Part shown: positions 7,237 to 9,467 of the stretch, one piece after another
How the letters are laid out: each line of letters begins with the position of its first letter
Numbering within the stretch: the stretch's first letter is position 1
Assembly: GCA_018985225.1 (NCBI GenBank)
Contig: JADGIF010000387.1
Location: 1 to 9,467, forward strand
Origin: Amoeboradix gromovi X-113
Taxonomy: Eukaryota; Fungi; Sanchytriomycota
Direction: 5' to 3'
DNA: 9,467 bases
Notes under the pieces: generated by a model
The model's database searches: none
Seen by the model: only the letters and a program-made list of their open reading frames with translations
Told to the model about the DNA's origin: nothing
Program-made: the position numbers and the translations under genes

Positions 7237-8692
7237 CAAATGATATATTTGTAGCAATCTGCATTGTTGTTCTATCATGGTCTATATATTTACGCTTTCT
7301 TACGTTGTCTGTATTTCTCCACTTCAATCTAAATGGATCACTTACGTATTTGTTGAATAACAAAATTTCATTTTCCAAGTCTTCAAACTGATTCAAATGC
7401 TTATTTTTGATGTGTTTCCTTGCAAAATGCTCAGCATTAAATACCTTTATGCAGCACTTGCAAGTGAATCTAATATTGTCCTCCCCGACTTCAATAAACT
7501 CCCTAGATTTCTTAACAATTTCGCCTTGAAGCTGTTTTCCAAAATAAACATCCTTCGGATCGCTGAGATCCTTAGCCTTTAAGTAGTACTCTACTCTTTC
7601 ATCTAATATAGACAGGGCACGTTCGCTGGGCAATCTCAATGAGTCACCTTCGAATTCATCTTGCTGTAACTCAGCTACATTGTTTTTACGAAATTGCTCA
7701 TCTTCTTCCGCTAATGTTTTTGTACCTCTGATAGTTATATCTTTCTTATAAGATAGCAGATGATAAATAGAGGTTGCTTGGACACATCCAGTGTAATATT
7801 CGATTAAGTGGCCATATCTCAAGTAAACCAGATTTAGGTCTAATGCTTGCTGGATTTGATTATCATCCAGTTTATCTATATTATCTAAATCAATTCCGGA
7901 TTCAAATAAATGATTCTTTACTTTTAACCAGCCTACGCCATCGATTGCCCTGTCTGCTGATTTGCACACATTGCAAGTATTGAGAAGATCAGCCTTTCTT
8001 CTGTCGCTTGTATCTAGCACATCCAGTGCATCCAGTATCTGCAGGGTGTCTACCATTTTATCAGGGTTCAAAGTGATGATTTGATTACCGTCAGCTAGTT
8101 CTAGTTTGGTGACCGAATCAAGAACACTGTCCAATACTTTTGTATCGTTGCATTCAATAAATAATGTTCTACGACCAATGGCATGAGATTCGTTGGTGTG
8201 AATGGAGGGGAAACGAGGATATGTTAAGTCGATCTTTTTTACACCAGGGAACTTGCTTATGAACTCAACATGTTGTATGGTAAAGTGAGGAGGAACATGG
8301 CAAGTGATCACTCTTTTTTTTAAAGGCAAAACAAAAGATTCAACCCATTCTAAATTAGTATTGGAACTGCTGAGGCTTACTTTAATACGATTTAATTGAC
8401 CGAGAAATACACCAATATTTGCACGTTTGGCCTCTGCTAGTTCCAAATCATACTTGTTACCACTATATCTATCAAGAAACCAAGTAGCGTTACGATGAAA
8501 GTTGAAAAACAATTGATTTCGTTCCAAATTTGCGTTGTACTTGTATATATAGTATTGCTTATACAATTCTTCTCTACTTGCTTCAGAACTTTCAATAGAC
8601 GCCGAGTGGTTTTGAAATCCAACCTGACCATGAAATAAATGCATTGTCCCAAGTGTTTCTAAAATTGGGACAAACACTACAAAACTAGACAT
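7232..8692 (-). CDS. SRRT: Ars2/Serrate RNA effector (cap-binding-complex partner), compact form
   Basis: N-terminal motif LYKQYYIYK...FFNFHRNATWFLDRY, RRM-like region (HVPPHFT...FPGVKKIDLTYP) and LDLNLVYLRYGHLIEYYTG. C2H2 finger FTCKCCIKVFNAEHFARKHIKNKH, LFNKYVSDP, and terminal RKYIDHD resembling the YxDLD CBC-binding motif. The exact start is less certain. Confidence 0.9.
   Translation of the reverse strand: MSSFVVFVPILETLGTMHLFHGQVGFQNHSASIESSEASREELYKQYYIYKYNANLERNQLFFNFHRNATWFLDRYSGNKYDLELAEAKRANIGVFLGQLNRIKVSLSSSNTNLEWVESFVLPLKKRVITCHVPPHFTIQHVEFISKFPGVKKIDLTYPRFPSIHTNESHAIGRRTLFIECNDTKVLDSVLDSVTKLELADGNQIITLNPDKMVDTLQILDALDVLDTSDRRKADLLNTCNVCKSADRAIDGVGWLKVKNHLFESGIDLDNIDKLDDNQIQQALDLNLVYLRYGHLIEYYTGCVQATSIYHLLSYKKDITIRGTKTLAEEDEQFRKNNVAELQQDEFEGDSLRLPSERALSILDERVEYYLKAKDLSDPKDVYFGKQLQGEIVKKSREFIEVGEDNIRFTCKCCIKVFNAEHFARKHIKNKHLNQFEDLENEILLFNKYVSDPFRLKWRNTDNVRKRKYIDHDRTTMQIATNISFE
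8644..8678. repeat. Two interleaved perfect inverted repeats near the Ars2 start
   Basis: TTGTCCCAA (8644-8652) / TTGGGACAA (8665-8673) and AGTGTTT (8652-8658) / AAACACT (8672-8678). Confidence 0.75.
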
Positions 8693-8887
8693 CTTCTAAT
8701 ATAAATACTTAAAAGTAGAGCTGTTCAAGCAGAAATGCCCCATATCGTATTACCTCTGCTCTTTTTGGCGATTAGCTGTTACCCATCTCTCTCCATTGCC
8801 TGACAGGTCTTTCATTGTGGCCCGATAGAGGCTACGCGAACTCAAATTGTAGCAACACATGTTCACATTCTACTTGTGTAATTAATA

Positions 8888-9435
8888 ATGAAGAGTGAAT
8901 TTTTTGTTTTCAATACTGTCGGCCTATTCTTTGGACCCATATAAGAGTCAGAATGAGTTCATCGATACAAGTCCATAGTAACTGCCCATTCTAGCTCTTT
9001 GCCATCAACATGCGTTTTCATCTACAGTTAAACAACCATGCATGACATGCTCTTGGTGGAAAATAGCAATGACATTCCCCATTAAGAACTTGAGTTCAGT
9101 ATTTATATGTCCGAAATTGTAGATAACTTTCAGTTGGATCACATTAGATACTGAACGTAAGGTATAAATGTAGCCCCGCTATCTCGAAGTTTGGGCCTTA
9201 AGACATGTTCTGCTCATGAGAGAGTAAGTTTGCTTACATCCTGGTTAACTTTTGATTGATACTGTTGTGTTTATTAGATGATAGGTCACTTAAGCATTTG
9301 GGACATCAAATATAAAAACTGGACTAACTTTCTGTAACAACTTGGAACATTATTTCAGCTTTATTACTTTATGGATTTAAGAGACGAGTGGACATTCAGC
9401 TAGTTGCGGAGTTGACGAGTATAAAAGGAGAATAA
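8888..9435 (+). pseudogene. Possible decayed membrane-protein gene
   Basis: ATG 8888 opens MKSEFFVFNTVGLFFGPI*. Hydrophobic fragments lie in different frames. The last segment 9328-9435 (LSVTTWNIISALLLYGFKRRVDIQLVAELTSIKGE*) ends in TAA within AATAAA like the real genes. No family recognised. Confidence 0.3.
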
Positions 9436-9457
9436 ATAACTTTTATAAATAACTTTT
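9432..9457 (+). repeat. 13-bp perfect tandem duplication (ATAAATAACTTTT x2)
   Basis: Copies at 9432-9444 and 9445-9457. Confidence 0.85.
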
Positions 9458-9467
9458 TGTATTGAAG

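Noticed and set aside
6353-8652. Small ORFs 6353-6538, 7197-7391, 7397-7582, 7774-7983 (+) and 8437-8652 (-)
   Set aside because: All lie within or across TFB1 or Ars2, antisense or out of frame, with no independent support.
8659-8680. Possible 19- or 22-nt intron near the Ars2 start (GTAGTGTTTGTCCCAATTTTAG, minus)
   Set aside because: Splicing from the 8692 ATG leaves the Ars2 frame, the alternative upstream phase has a stop, and position -6 is T rather than A.
1-9467. Alternative genetic code (TAA/TAG = Gln) as an explanation for the broken regions
   Set aside because: Long conserved ORFs contain no internal TAA/TAG and end in TAA or TAG at the expected C-termini, and the broken regions also contain TGA stops and frameshifts.
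1-9467. Prokaryotic features, CRISPR arrays, tRNA/rRNA genes, transposases
   Set aside because: None seen. The gene content (TFIIH, Ars2, TBCE) is eukaryote-specific, and there are no regularly spaced repeats or cloverleaf structures by eye.

Overview
AT-rich, very gene-dense eukaryotic nuclear DNA read in the standard genetic code. Gene content and compaction suggest a reduced microbial eukaryote, possibly fungus-like; the taxon is inferred and cannot be fixed from this window. Recognisable genes: the C-terminal half of an ABCC/MRP transporter whose 5' part appears eroded (minus), a small tail-anchored J-domain protein (plus), tubulin cofactor E (plus), TFIIH subunit Tfb1/p62 (minus) and Ars2/Serrate (minus). 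There is also an orphan, possibly secreted, protein (plus). The most notable signal is ultra-short spliceosomal introns. A 19-nt GT-AG intron (3215-3233, minus) is needed to restore a conserved ABCC motif. Further 18-, 20- and 23-nt candidates share an A at position -6 and a TTAG end. Spacers of only 19 and 33 nt separate some genes, and AATAAA overlaps the stop codons. Bases 1-1080 and 8700-9467 contain no recognisable intact gene and may be decayed coding sequence.
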